A stretch of 64,000 bases of DNA. Origin: Tubulanus polymorphus (lineage: Eukaryota > Animalia > Nemertea). The stretch covers positions 12,364,850-12,428,849 of the forward strand of contig NC_134029.1 of assembly GCF_964204645.1 (NCBI RefSeq). Reading direction: 5' to 3'. Positions within the stretch are counted from its first letter, which is position 1. Each line of letters opens with the position of its first letter. This document shows, in pieces, positions 1 to 14,618 of this stretch. Made by a program: the position numbers and the translations under genes. The notes below the pieces were generated by a model. That model saw only the letters and a program-made list of their open reading frames with translations. It did not search any database and was not told the origin of the DNA.

Positions 1-3000
1 TCCTCTTTACTTGATTTGAAAATAACCTAGATTTACTATAGATTGTTGTGTCCAGGAAAATCCATTCGTCAAATCTTTTCAATAAGAAAGAGTAATAAAA
101 TGTTAAAATTATAGCATTTTATAGGATACTTTAACTGAAATCATAACTTGTGGTCTCATTATTTTATTGAGTGATTGTTGCCACAACTTTTATCAAAGCG
201 CTGCAACTGACTATGGATAAACAATCCACATAAATGTACGTATATTCAATATAAAAAATTTTTCTTAATGGAAACTACAAAATTACAATTATTAACAGGG
301 TTTTGATTACTTGAGGTAGATAATGCCAAATTCCCATGACCACAATTCAATTTTCAATTTACAACAGCTTTCATGAACAATAACAACCTTGATATGCTAT
401 TACTTATTGTAAAAGGTTGAAATTGGTGATTTATATCAGTAAAAGTAAAGCTGTTGTATTTGAGAAAAGAAAGTCTGCTAGGCAAACTGTATATAACATC
501 AATGGATGTCATCCTCTAGACTAGATACCTAAAACCTCAAGCAATCATGATTGCTCGTAGCTAAAACTGACTTTACGCTAGAAAATATCTCACATCATTA
601 TCGCAAAGCCAAAGAATTTCGGTCAGTATATATAGATGTTCCAACCACAAATTACAAATGGAGAGGGATAGATAAGAAAAAAAGCCACAATACGCAATAT
701 GGAACCAGGGACATACACAACCTGGGTCGCATATATAGGACTGTATATTGGGGTACATAAGTCCAGAAGCCCACTCAAATCTCATGCCGACATATATCTT
801 CGTTACTTTGAAACAGAACATTAAAATTGGAGTAGCTTCAAATCTCTCCTTAGAGCCTACGAGATCAATCACTCTTAATATTTAGAATCTGAACTCAAGC
901 ACATCAAACAATTCCTCTCTCAAATAGAATAGGGCCTGCTGATATATTACACTTATGTAATCTTATGTTAAAACAATGAATCCTGAGGACCTAATCAGAT
1001 GCGGTATACATAAAATTCCCAGTGGTTAATAAGAAAAGGTTTTTATTAGAGAAACTGGCTGATCACTCATCATATGAATAAAAGTACACAGATGTTCCAT
1101 GAATGATAAACCTGAAAGTTCATAGTTTTATCATAGTATCTTCGAAACTGGTCAAATTTTCAATTTCAATCACAGGTAATTAATTATCAGGGGTAGATCT
1201 AAGGGGGGTGAATAGGAGATAAAAATTTTCTGCGAGGGGCTTCTTCGTGTCAATATCCTCTAAGAAGATGAAATAAGAATGTTATTAGCTGCCTCAGAAT
1301 CAAAAATAACAGTAGCATTGCGACTTTATTGTATTATATACCTATTATATGACGCCGTACTATGCTACGAGCAATACGAGTTTGAGATCTCCAGGTGAAG
1401 ATATCATAAAATACACTTATGTACTGAATTGCTGATGACATTTTGACTGTGAAATAGTGATATTTAATACAGTTGATTGAACCATTTACGAGAGGTGCGG
1501 ATCTGCACTTACTTTACCGGACCATTCCGTTGTAGATGAGTTAGTGTATCTCCACCCATTCCGCTAGGCCGTATATGTATCCGATAAACGATTATTTTCC
1601 CAATCATAACTATTTGACTTCTTTCCCAATCTGTGTCAAAAATTTCCCAAAACAGTACCATGACAAATACTTGAGAAATGACCTGCTTCCCCTAATAATC
1701 TCATCAAAATTATCAATACCTCATCCTGGCCACGGCTCAGCAGGTTGTCATAATTTTCACAGAAACCATCGCACAAATACTGTCAAATTCCACCATTTTC
1801 CCAGAGGCTTTTTCAAAATTCGAGCTAATTGCAGTCTCTTCATTACGTTTCTTGTCAGCCATCCCCCTTGAAAAATCCTAGATCTGCCCCTGATTATATC
1901 CATGCAATGACCTTAGAAACTGACACATAGAATCAGCTATTATCACAGAAAATCTGAAAACTTTCAACTCTAATACGGGTTACTCTAGGCCTATAACAAA
2001 GTCTTATCTCCATACATTATCTGGAATAAACATACTGCTAAATAATCGTTGTCTATGTACCTATTTTGTCTTATCTTAGAAATTGTCTCTTAAGTGGCTT
2101 TCACTTGGGATTTTTGGCTTACAAAGTAACATACTTGTCCGGTACCAAATTAGCTTGAATACCACACTTTCGGGGTGTTTGCACATGATTCTGCACTTAG
2201 TGAGACAGCTTTAAAGTAATCTGATACTGAAAATGATTTAAAGATGGTGCTTCCAAGCTATCATCATTATGTTGTATATATTTTAAAATCCATTCTGAAC
2301 CAAATCTCCTACCTAGCGAACAGCAGTTTGACCATTTGGTGTACAACTAACTATCTAATGTCAGCGATAACCATCCAATGTCAGTGAAATACATTCATCA
2401 TCACATATTGTTGATAGTTAGGGTTTAACAATGCTAATAAGTATTTTCGTTCTTTTTAGTAGCTTCTTATGCTAATAACTATTGAAAAATCGGCCACATA
2501 TGTGAATAAATTACTCCAATCATCCTGGTTGAGTGTAGCGTACAAAGTACCATCTTGCTACGCGCCAAATCTGCGTTCAACCTATAGAAAATATACGGCC
2601 AGCTCAATGCCGTATTGACATGGGCTTTTTGGATTATATTACAATCATATTACGATTATATTACAATTTTCATTTCATTGATAATAGGATTTAGTTAAAA
2701 CCTCGAAACGTGAGAAAAACATCTATCTAATCATCATCATTGTGATTGCACGGGCCTAACAGTCATACATTCGAGAGAGCATCATATTTCAGGCAATAGG
2801 CATTCAAAATTGCCCTTGGTAACAATTGTTGAAACTATTTGTACTAGTACTCATGAAAACACTCAGTTTGGATTAGTGTTTTGTGAGGTAGAATAAGAAG
2901 GCAAAATATCTTCTAAGAGTAATTCGTAAGAAAAATTGGTAAATAGGAGATAATTTTTTCTCAAAATATTGCCACTTTTTAATTAGATTTGTTCATTCTA

Positions 3001-4113
3001 ACAAGCCTGAAGCTCCGTTTCTCGTCTTAAAATTATACAAATTGCAAAGATACATACAATATGTGCAGTATTTTTCAATTAACACAGACAGTGGTCGGCA
3101 GGAACAAACACTTCAGATCAATTTGCTCTTTCCCTATGAATTACGCTGAGTAGATTAAATAGACCTTTTTGCTGAATGAGATTTATTTGCAATGTCTTGA
3201 CAACTAAAAAATAATAATAATGGATTGTCAACCTAATGGACATAAATCCCCAATGATACCGCATATGACTCAATATCTGAAAGCTGTTTACAATTCAAAA
3301 ATTCAAAATTCAAATACGTCATGCAATTTGGTCAAAAGTTCAGAGGAAATATCCAATTAAGGAAATTAAATCTATAGTGAGTAGATTTTGGCATAAATAC
3401 ATAACATTATGTGCAGACATTACACACTGTAAACTGTCAATGGCCCTCTGCAACTTTATCATGTCCATGAGACCTTCTGCAACTTTAGGTAATAATCCCT
3501 ATGTAACTTTCAGTGAAAAACTTTCTGCAACTTTCTCATCAAAAACTTTATCCTCCTGTAGAGGACAGCACTTCCTGAAAATGTCCATAGTCCATAGAGA
3601 TCTGTCCATGCATTTTTGTCCAAGGGATTGTGCAACTTTCTGTGGAATCATTAATGTAATGCAATTATTTTGACAGCGGAAAAGAATTTTAAGATAATTT
3701 TTGGTCATTATGTCTTATTAATATGTTTTAGAAGATACTAAATCAACATTCTGGTGAAAATCAAACACTTTATAACATAAAATCATCTATAGAAATTTAC
3801 ATTGTTTATAAAGTTGCACAAGGTATTAAAGTTGCACAAGGGTTCATTCGTACAAACGCTACGACGGACGGACGGACAGACGGACGAAAAGTGAACGCAA
3901 GTGGGCTAAAGATTAGCGTAGTCTATTCAGAGTTAAGATATGACAATAAGAATGACATTCTTAAGCATTCACAAAATGATTGGGTATGTGACCCTGGAGA
4001 TAATATGCCATTTTAGTTTGAAATTCAGGCCTCCCAGTGCCCCTTACAAACCTTAGAGGATAGTTCTTAGGTTCTTAGAGGACATGATTTGAAAGGTAGA
4101 GGACATATAGGAA

Positions 4114-5790
4114 AACAAGAAAATTAATTCCAATAAATAATTTGACGTCTGCGAAAAAATGTAGAATTGCGGACTTGCAAATTTGAAACCGAAGTTTTAA
4201 GAAATTTTGGGAATTATGAGATTTGGGGATTGGTTAGGTGATACAGGTCTTCGACTGTAAAAAGTGGTTTAATTTTTTTAATTAGAAATTTTCAATAGTG
4301 ATAACTTGCCACCGACTTCATTCACTTTTGCCTCTAAGCTGGTCTGTAGCTTCATTGCCTCCATGGTTGAGGAAAGAGCCCTTCTGGTGTCTCCGACCAC
4401 GACTTTGGAGCTTATCATGTGGCCTAGCCCGGTCGGTTTGGTTGCCACTCGATATCCTCTCGAGTCTTGGTTGAAGTATGGCCATTGTCATTTGAAATAA
4501 CTTGCTTATGTAATGCTGTATGAATTATGTATGTGTTTTGTATGTTATATTTTCTTATTCTAAAATTTGTAACTTGTGTTTTGTATATTGTATTTTCTTA
4601 TTTCAAAATTTGTAACTTTATTGAATTTGGGAATTTTGGGAATTGCTAATGGGGATCGTTCTCACGAAACCAGCAAAATTACCCCAAATATCGAACATAT
4701 TTTCGAAAACATTTGAATATTGAAATTATAAGTTTACATATTTCTATATTGACCGCTTATAGCCGCTGATAAAATTCACGCCGGCCCTACACAGATGGCG
4801 GATAGATTGGTCATTTCACCAGCATCCCTATGTCAGGGTCTTACTTTTATTTCAGACTTCCCCATCGTGTATACATCCGTCATTTCAACCGAATAATCCA
4901 ATTTACTTATCATATCTATTTCAAATACAAATGATAAGATGCATGATGCATGATTATATCAGAAGTGGGAGAATTTTATGCCTGCCACTTCTGGTATAGT
5001 CATGCATCCATTACTATTACAATACGTCTTCTCATGATATTGCAATATAATATTTCGACGTTCAAATTGGGCTCATTATATTATCACAGGAAGACATTCT
5101 ACATCTTTGTCAATAATATTTGGCAAAATACCTTTTATGTGTACACATAGACCTGTGAAGTTTTGCACATCGGTTTACGGTTGAGATTTGTAAAATGATG
5201 CTGAATGGTTAAAGGGGAACTGCAGTCAAAAAATTTTAATTGGCCATTCATTTCTACTCTTGTTGTTTTTTAGAATAATGGTAGTTGAAATTTCCAATTC
5301 TTCCTAATTAACTTATATGTAAACATTGATGACGTATCCCGGCCCATAGATACACTCATTGAAGATCTCAGTTGAAAATTGCGACTAAAATACTCCTGCT
5401 GGGCTGTCAGTGAGGTCTTAACTTTTATTCATCCACTCACTGTATGAAACGTATCCAAATAATAGCTGATGTGGCATTATGCTGTAGTTTAGAACTGTTA
5501 TTAGACTTTAAGTGATGAAAACACTATGAGTAGCAGCAGTAATACGTATCGAAGTGGGCCGAAATACGTCACAGCCGAGAGAAAGCGTCTGCTACGCGGA
5601 GAAAATGGCGGCGGCCAGTCACTCTACAAAACCCTCTTTTTTGAGTATAAGATGAAATGTTTTTCTGCTGTTTTGAAAATGTATTTATAAAGGTTTCTAA
5701 CACATATAGATACAAAACATTTTTCACTGCAATTCCCCTTTAATATTGTTTGGGTTTCACAATGGAAACGTTTTATAAGGCGTCAAAAAA
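4114..5790 (+). repeat. Interspersed host repeat (Helentron/HINE-like), interrupted by a TTAA MITE
   Basis: Collinear homology with 59894-60603. Starts ACAAGAAAATTAAT, with subterminal inverted motif TTTGACG(T/C)CT ... AGGCGTCAAA. Family assignment is tentative. Confidence 0.6.
5213..5739. mobile_element. Non-autonomous DNA transposon with TTAA TSD (Kolobok-like MITE, 527 bp)
   Basis: TTAA-AGGGGAACTGCAGT ... ACTGCAATTCCCCT-TTAA. The paralogous repeat copy has the empty site GAATGGTTAACATTG near 60546-60560. Confidence 0.8.
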
Positions 5791-7504
5791 TTACTAACAT
5801 AATGTGTCGGTAACAAATATGCATATTTCAAGTCTGATAAAAGATTTTCGATAATCAATTTTAGGTAGTTAAATAATTGACCAAATCAAGGTATTTGCAG
5901 ACCAGTCATAATGCATATTACATGAAATTTGATTGGCTCAATTCACCCTTATGGCGAACCTTCAGTGACTTTGATGCAGAGAGCTCAACTTGAACAAAAT
6001 CAAAATGCATGAAAACAAAACAACAAGATGCGGTTGCATCTAAGCACGTTCAGTGAGGTGCTAAATAAAGGCACCGTATGTATAATTTCAGAATTAAAGA
6101 TGGCCACCAGTGGGCCATATTTGATGATATCATGACCTAGGTAGTTTGGTCATATAATACGTCATTCCATTTCACATGCTCATATGAAAAGCTCTACATG
6201 TTTGGGGAACAATGGCTATATCAGTTGATAGCCAAAACGCGCATTTTCAAAAACCAAGATGGCCACCAGTCGGCCATATTGGATGGAACCATGACCTACA
6301 TAGTTGGGCCATATGAAAGAGAGGGTTCTTACAGATCTGGACACCCAAGATTTCATGATAATTCCCGCATTTCCCTGATCCGTCATCACCAGCAAAAACG
6401 AGACACCAAGAATTCAAATTTGCTGATCAAATTATAAGGTTCCACAGTGGGGGCTATTTATCACTTCAATTCAGAGGGCATTAGAGGACACTTTTCCAAA
6501 TAAGAGGATTTAAAGGACATCTGGGAGCCCTGAAAGTTGTGTAGTTTATATGTTAAGATAAAGAAAATAAACAAACATGTCTTGGTTCTGCCCACTTAAC
6601 TTTTTATGGATCGAGACTCTGAAAAACTCCAGCCCTCGTCTGATATAAGTATTACACAGTGAAAAATTTTTGGATTCAAAAAGAAAAAACCCCCACCCTT
6701 GTCATCTTGGAAAATATGGGAATACGAGTTTATTTCCACTTTTTACCTTGAAAGCTAGAGGGTTGTTTGGAGGAAGGGCATTGCTTGAAAAATCTTTTTT
6801 ATTCGTGACTTCAAAGTTCTAGAAGTTTTTATCGTATTTTATCTTTCTTATAGAATTATTTTGTAGTCAAATAAGACCAAAGATAAACATTTGTTTACGG
6901 TCTATGTCCAAAATTTCGTAGGGTACAGGCAGGCGCGGCAGGAAAACAATTTCATATCTTCAAAAAAATATTTTTCACAATATGAAAAAATATTCAAATA
7001 AAATTCATACGATGTCACATATCAGAGGGTGGCTGAATATTGAGTCTTGGGAATGAAACCTCTTCCAATGTATGGCCGCGGAATATATAACACCGGGGCG
7101 TAGTATTAGATCGTTTTAAATCCTGGAATTTACCACTACAATATTCAGACCTCGACCTATACAGCTATAGTTTGCTGCTTAGTATTTTCAGGTCACAAGA
7201 AATTACAATTTATTACAAATTCTATCAAACAGAAAACACAGCACTCATCTTCTGCTACGACGATTATCATACCAAACGTGCACGCGCCAAGCAGCGTTAC
7301 AGCATCACCATATAGTATTCATTCTGTATGAGCGTGTGTTAGTGTGTGCAACAGTCTAATGTTCAGCACTTTTGCGCACATGGAGGCCTTGTGTAGTGAA
7401 CGTTTGCTTCACTTCAATCTCAATCACCGGGTATCAAAATGAAACAATACCTGTGGCGATATGTGAAATAATTATATTCTCACCAGCAATCACCATTTAA
7501 AATT

Positions 7505-7654
7505 TATTCTACTATTCAACGCCCCCTGGTGACCATATATACTATACCTTGAAGCGTCTTCAAAACTTCCCAAAATAACTGGATTCCGTCTACGGACGGA
7601 CGAAAAGTGAACGCAATAGCCCGCTGGGACTAAAGTCCCAAGTGGGCTAAAAAA
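7505..7654 (+). repeat. 3' fragment of the HINE-like family with terminal stem-loop
   Basis: (GACG)n followed by hairpin TAGCCCGCTGGGACT-AA-AGTCCCAAGTGGGCTA (7617-7649) and an A-run. The same end occurs near 26410 and 27573, and partially near 3910. Confidence 0.65.
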
Positions 7655-9003
7655 CGTACCGCGATTTTACATGAATTGGCTCAATGCCAACCTCATACTG
7701 CTGACAAAGGTAAACCAAAAAGCTCATGACAAAAAAATTCACCCGCCCTCGTCATGTCTAGAACAAGAGATCCACGGATCTTAATATCTCGGGCGCAGAA
7801 TGTTGTCTTTGTAATGTATAGGCGCCACCTGATTGATGCATCTGTAAGGTTTTCCTTGAACACTTCATGGATGTGTAAAATCTGCTGATTTCGGTGAACA
7901 ACATCATCGAATCTAATCAGCAATCATCACGAGGTTTGGGCCTATTCGATTGTGCGCGCATAATCTTCCGTGAAGTAGCATATCGATTGAATCTTCAGTT
8001 ATTTGCATAATGAAATAGATATGGGGAGACGGAATCGATACTACGGCTATCAAATTAAAAATGAACATATAAGACTCTCCCATGACTGAGAAATGAGAAA
8101 CTAGAACCGAGCAGATTAATAGATGAGAAGATTAAAAGACCGGTTTGTCTGCGTCAATCGAATATGCCCTTACATTGATTGACAGCGGGAGCTCAGCAAA
8201 CTGCAGGGAGCAGTTATTTTACTTCAATGTAACGTTGTACATCGGCCTTCTAGCCGTTTTATGAAACAAAATGCTCCTTGAAATTTCTTTAAAAATCGCC
8301 ACAAATTCGTCGATTTCTCTTAAATGAATGCAATATTCAAAATTCCATTTCCAACAGATTTTAGCCGCATGATAAAGCTACATTTTGCACATATACATAG
8401 TAGATTGCATGACTTCGTGTCAAAGTTATAACCCCATTTGTTCGCAAAAATTAGATTTTTGGACCAACTACAACATTTAGCCCTAGATAAAAAGGGGTTT
8501 GGATGAAAAACAAGGTATCACCTTTAAAGGGCATAAGCAAGCAATAATAAGGGATTAATATTGTGTGTGGAAACTAGTATTGTACGCCTTGTGAATTTGT
8601 TGTAATATTTGTGTACTGGTGTATTTGCATACTTGAATTTTTTGGTTGGATTATCCGGACAAAGATATAAGTTGCCAGTTTAGCAATAAAGTTATAGTTC
8701 ACGTTATCTACTCATTGTGGGTGGTTTTGCCAGTTCAAGTCGGTGCTGTTGGTGATGTTATCAGGTTGTTACAGTCGACAAGATAGTTAGACTTGAAGGA
8801 ACAAGAAAGGCCACCAGTCAGACAACTTGATCTGAATCAAGCCAAATTTTGGCTGGTGTCTAGGGCAAATATATGTACCAACCAAATATCCATATATGAT
8901 GAAAACTTCCTCAGAACTTGAATCTGAATAAGGAAGAACGGACGAGAACAATGCCCCTCACATCTTACGGCTGGGGGAAATATCAATAGAGTGATATACT
9001 TAC

Positions 9004-9095
9004 ACAGATTCATCCATCATCTCATAATGAAGATCATCCTCAGCATCCTCCTCCATTTCATCTTCTGAGCTATCATCAATCTCCTCATTACCCGC
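9004..9095 (-). CDS. UBE2Q: UBE2Q coding exon 4 (acidic linker); UBC-domain exons not found in this window
   Basis: Acceptor tttttgctttcAG and donor GTAAGT. Translates AGNEEIDDSSEDEMEEDAEDDLHYEMMDES, with the acidic linker and D-L-(D)-H-Y-E-M motif of UBE2Q. Confidence 0.82.
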
Positions 9096-9399
9096 CTGAA
9101 AGCAAAAATATCATCACTTCATGCATACTTGGAAGTTAATATAATGCTTGGCAATCAAGCAACTGTGAACTTGTACTTAGGTCAAATATAATCAATTTCA
9201 GAGATAATCCGTTTCTACAGATTCTGATTCTGTTCATGAACACTTCCTTCCGGATGATGACATCGAACAATCCTTTATATATTACAATGCAGAAGAACAT
9301 ATGAAGATTTGTTAACCTAAGTCAAGGGTTTAGGCGCCTGTTGGCCTGTTACGGCTACATCAGAATGGAAAATAAATGAAGTGGAAAGAAGTGAAACCG

Positions 9400-10950
9400 A
9401 AAATATGAAAATGATGATGGACAATTTCATCTAATTAAAATGAGCTTCCCGCAACAGGAGGTACTAACAAAAGGAAAACTACTAGCATCATTTATACTAA
9501 TTAATACAGTATACCAAGGGTGATGTTCGCCAGTTGGTCCATAGCTGTTTGGGACAGCAGCCCGACGAGGGTTGAACAGAAGCCAAGCAATTAATTAAAC
9601 AATACTATGGTAGCAGTTATGTGATTGCAATCATACTCCCAGACAAAATAATAAACAGGCCGATTGTTAGATCGGATGATGCTCACACCCTTACAAATTT
9701 GGCGATTCAGCTCATTAGCTGTAAGAATAGCTGTAAGAATACATTGACCATATTGGCTTCATTGGTGAAGTGGAAAACCCTGATAATCTACGAAAGATTA
9801 CGAATCGACTCCCGTTTGTTCTGCAAAAGAAATGGAGAACAAAAGCGGATTGTATCATCATATGTGAAGGCCATGAGATATCAATTGAAGACATTTCTAG
9901 GGTCCTATTTCTACTATGTCTAGATTCATACAAACATAGGCTTCAGTAATGTACCATCCTGTTTAGGGAATATTTCTGATGGGATTTCCTAAATCTCAAT
10001 CTTATACAAGCAATGCATGGGTCAACTCAGTTCGTAATCCGAGAATTTATAATCCGCCAACAAATAACTCAGCCAGTAAGACTATTACTAGTGTGTTGGT
10101 ACTTCCAGGGTACCTTTTATTTTCCAGAATTTATGATTATCTGGTGAATTTCCCAATATTTGCTAATAATTGATATGGGCAACGGGTGGAGTTTCTAAAG
10201 CTCAAGCCATTATGCTTTTTAAGTTTCGGTTCTAACCATACAGCTCAACAATGCAAAAGCAGAGTATTGTGTATTGTATGTAACGAGAAACATAACAATC
10301 TATTACATAGATACAATTTTCCTGCCACTATTAACTATGTAATTGTCAAGCCTACTTGGATCAACCCCACTGGTGTTTCTTCTTTACCCATGGCAACAAT
10401 TGGTAGTAACAGTCACTCAAAAAACCATGCTAAATCAATTCTTAAACTAAATAGGCCTACCATTGGTCTTATTGGTTAACCTATTTAACCGGTTAAAGTT
10501 TGGGGTAATGATAATGTAATTTTAGCCTATGCTTTGTTAGATTCGGGTAGTAACTCTATATTCTGCAAACAATCATTGCTCAATGACTTGGGTATTCACC
10601 TGACAGTTTAACTCGGGAAAAAGCTATCCCTGACAACGTTGATGGAAAATAACTGTTTGACTCAATCATATGTCACTAATTTGGAGTTATCCGACATCGA
10701 AGATAATTTTCAAGTGAACTGACTAATGTTTTTTCATGAAATTCATTGCCTATGACAAAAGACGAACTCCCACGACAAAGTGACATAGACGAATATTCTT
10801 ATCTGGGCGACATGATATTACCCTTTATTGATGCTGAGGACTGGTTATAGATGATAATCATCGGGTATTTGAACCTTTTATATGGGTAGTCATGACAGTG
10901 GACCTTTTGCAGTTAGAGCCCAATTTTTGGGTGGGCAATCAATACAGTGG
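9400..10950 (+). pseudogene. Degenerate BEL/Pao LTR retrotransposon gag-protease remnant
   Basis: Zinc-knuckle remnant LCFLSFGSNHTAQQCKSRVLCIVCNEKHNNLLH (ORF 10186) and protease motif YALLDSGSNSIFC near 10530-10566. Many stops; boundaries approximate. Confidence 0.7.
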
Positions 10951-11176
10951 GTGAACAATCGATAACCATTTTAAGTTAGATTTACCATGGACGAATCCGC
11001 CACTGATCTTACCAACAAGAGGCCCACGGGCCTTATACCTTCATGACGCAGTAGAAGAAGATTCAGTATTCAAAGTTTTACAGAAAGATTGACATTGTAA
11101 CGATGTAACAAGTTTTAAAATAGTTAAGATAGTATAGGCTATGTGGCGATAATGTTCATTTTCTGTTAATATATCC

Positions 11177-11900
11177 CACAGGGGCTTGTAAACTGGCTTG
11201 GATTTTACTTCCGGGTTGTTGATAATCTCGCGAGAATGGCGCTAAATTTAAACTGCAAATAAATTCAAAATATCACAGAAATACCTCTTGTTGATGTTGT
11301 TTATTTATCCACTATAGAGTTTCGATAAACAATTGGCTGTTAAGGATCAGTATCAGTAGGCGCGACGCCTTACTATATTAAAATAACAAGGGATGAAACG
11401 GCTTCGCTTTGGCCTGTGACCGTATTGATGCGGCGGAAACCACTGCGCATGCGCGGCAACTTTCCGAAAGGTAAGATCAGTTCAAGTTCAATTGATTCTT
11501 CTCAAAAACCTATGTCAAGCCAAGACAATCACACTTCTAAGGAAATTATCAATTTTTGAATTGATGTAGAAAAACTATAATGTGAAGTTTGATTGACAGC
11601 TCACTAGCGCTCGGAAGTTGCCGCGCATGCGCAGTGGTTTCCGCCGCATCAATACGGTCACAGGCAAAAGCGAAGCCGTTTCATCCCTTGTTATTTTAAT
11701 ATAGTAAGGCGTCGCGCCCGCTGATACTGATCCTTAACAGCTAATTTTTCATCGAAACTCTATAGTGATTAAATAAACAACATCAACAAGAGGTATTTCT
11801 GTGATATTTTGAATTTATTTGCAGTTTAAATTTAGCGCCATTCTCGCGAGATTATCAACAACCCGGAAGTAAAATCCAAGCCAGTTTACAAGCCCCTGTG
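11177..11900. mobile_element. Fold-back MITE, 724 bp, ~290-bp TIRs, 7-bp TSD (P-superfamily-like)
   Basis: CACAGGGGCTTG...CAAGCCCCTGTG. TIRs at 11177-11467 and 11611-11900 are nearly identical. TATATCC flanks both sides. Confidence 0.85.
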
Positions 11901-11959
11901 TATATCCTTACATGAAAAGACAAACCCATTTTAGCTGCCCCAAAGATCACATTACATGA

Positions 11960-12590
11960 AAAAATGCATCAAGAATTGGTGTAGGCATCGTGCTGAAAAG
12001 AAATCCAAGATGGTTGACAATCCTGGTGGCCATACTTGAACTCAATTTTCAATAAGGGGTAGACATTTCACCTACCAAAATTCTTACACCTAGTATCATG
12101 AAAATGCATCAAGAATTGCAGGCCGTTTCGTGCTAGAAATTCATTATGGCTGACCTGGCGGCCATATTAAAAAGCCGATGACCTCCAAATACTGAAGGCA
12201 TGGACAGCTTACCTACCCTGATCCTCAGACCAGAATTTTGTGATAATCCATCAAGAATTGCAGGCTGCATCGTGCAAACAAGACATTCAAGATGGCCACC
12301 CTAATGGTAGCCATATTTGATCACCAAAGACATTTTTTACAATTAGGGTGGACATCTCGCCAGAACCAATCTTCAAGCTTATTTTCAAACAGATTCATCG
12401 CAAATTACAGGCGAATTACTGTGTCGAATTCAATTCAATTCCGGAGGGCCTGACTTAGGCCTACAATAGGATTCGACTTTTTGAAAAACCAGCACAGATG
12501 CCTATTCAAATCACATTAAAAATCGTAATTAAAAGATTAAGAGCTTCTTAGTTTGATGTCCCTCTTTTCATCGAGCACGTGGTTAAAATT
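11960..12590 (+). repeat. Interspersed repeat with a second copy at ~15995-16580
   Basis: Long collinear similarity, e.g. CTCAATTTTCAATAAGGGGTAGACATTTCACCTACCAAAATTCT, plus internal CAAGATGGC repeats. Confidence 0.7.
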
Positions 12591-13691
12591 AATCATATAA
12601 TACATATTATTACATCGAACCTCTTCAACAGCTGATACAACCGCATCATCTTAATTGATTCATATACTAAAACGCTCACTTTGAAAAAACTATGTGGTAA
12701 ATCGATCTGGGATTTTTCAGTAGAATGTCAGACACTAGGTACCTTTCTTTAAAGGTTAATTCGTTGTATGTCATTAACAATCAGTTATATAATACTTTAT
12801 TCATGACTTTGAAGCGGCGCGCCGCTAGCGAACGCTCCAGCAAGGTCAGTCACGTAGGCCAACGCTAACACGAAACAGAGCACGGTTTTGCCGATTAAGA
12901 GCGTCTCTCCACATAAATTAGAGGGACTGTAATGGACCATTTGTTGACACTAACCTTTAATAAACTTCGTACGGATTCAATCAAGATAATTCAACCCTAT
13001 AATTCCACTATTCAACAATCCACGCGCAGCTTAAACATGGCGCCGCAATTCAATACGCTAGTCACGATGTATATATCTCTACACATATCAAAATCACACT
13101 TGAAATACAAGTGTTGACTTAAGAGAAATGATCAAAATCTAGCAATTTGATTGGGAAAATAGCAGCACTATAATTGAAAAAAGTTAATAAACCACCTCCG
13201 ACTGTCTAATCATTTAAAAGCTTTGTCTTCACATGAAGCTAATCCACCTTGTCACAGGTGCACTCTGCCGCCGTTATTCGCCCATTCAACGATAAAAACT
13301 TTCCCACGGTCTTACATCATCTTATGGCCAAATCTTTGGTTTTGGCCACTAAAATTTGTCGCTGCCTTTATGGGAACAGTTCATAGCTACATACAGCCAA
13401 AGCATTTCGAAAGATGGTAAAATTAGCCCGATATTCAACGAAAATGAGCATTGTATTATAACGCTTCTGAGTGTGCTGCAGGGGATGTGTTCTCAGAATT
13501 ACGTCATCAACATCACCGCGCAAACACGAGCGTCCTGTTGCTAGGGCCGTTGCTACAGGCTTTTCTCGAGTTTGGATGAAGATATTAAAAAAAATTTTTC
13601 ATGAGACTACTATAGATGCATACGGTGAATGTTTTATACAAAAAAGATATGATTTAAAAATTTTTTCAAAAACTCTTCATGACCCCTTTAA

Positions 13692-14618
13692 CCCTTTCAC
13701 TGCCAGTGTTTTGTAATCAATAAACCCTCTCCTGCCACTTGTAATCAGTGGTTTTTGTAGGTATAACATACAACATATTTAATTAGCTCCATGGCTTTTA
13801 CTACTGAATTTAAGTCAGGACAACTATATATGGTTAGGAAGTAAATATACTAAGCTATCTAATCCCACCAAAAAGTGATGCAGTATAAACTAGGTCAACC
13901 AATGACGTCTTCAAGATGGCCGCCAAACTCAGTTCCGTTCGAGAAATGAAATTTCAAACTCATACATCATGTTACAGTAAGCAAATATATGATTATTTTC
14001 AATCTAATACACTAATATGTAATGATTTCTTCACAATAAAGTATATTTCACGTTTATAACCATGGTAATTCAGTTTTTATTGATTTTTTTGTGCCAGAAT
14101 ATAGTCACTTCACTGAGAACAAAATTCTAGGATTTTGAACACATGTTCAATTTTCAGTCAAGACTCTTTTCAGGGTGCCATATTTTTAAACAAGAATAAG
14201 GACACAAGGGAATGTTACCACAAAAATTATGACCAGCTGGCTGATTTCCATTACTGTTATAATCATGATCAACGTTGCCATGGTTATTGTCAACATCATC
14301 ACCCTCAAAATCCAAACTATCCTCAACAGCAAACGATGAATACTCTTCTGACGCTTCATCACTCAGATGTCCAAAATGTGGTATCATTCTGATCAAAAAT
14401 ATCAACGACTTGGTCCAACCTTAGTCGCTTTGTTGTTCTAGCATTATCCATAAGACAATAAGCACACTTGTAAATACACATCAAGTCATTTTCTAAGTGT
14501 AAATATAATGTAAAAGCGGACGTTTTTCAATAAAAACTCTGCGACCTAGAAGTTGAGTTTGAGTCTGTACTACCGATATAGTTCTACCAATATCCGTCAG
14601 GTGCAGACAGTTATAGGG
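13692..14618. mobile_element. Possible degenerate piggyBac-like non-autonomous element
   Basis: TTAA-CCCTTTCACTGCC at the left end and GACAGTTATAGGG-TTAG at the right (imperfect). Internal acidic ORF remnant 14154-14405(-) resembles a transposase N-terminus. Confidence 0.4.

Noticed and set aside
1-900. Further UBE2Q exons near the window start
   Set aside because: No UBC-domain sequence was found. Fragments such as ISKSKAVVFEKR look like decayed LINE RT.
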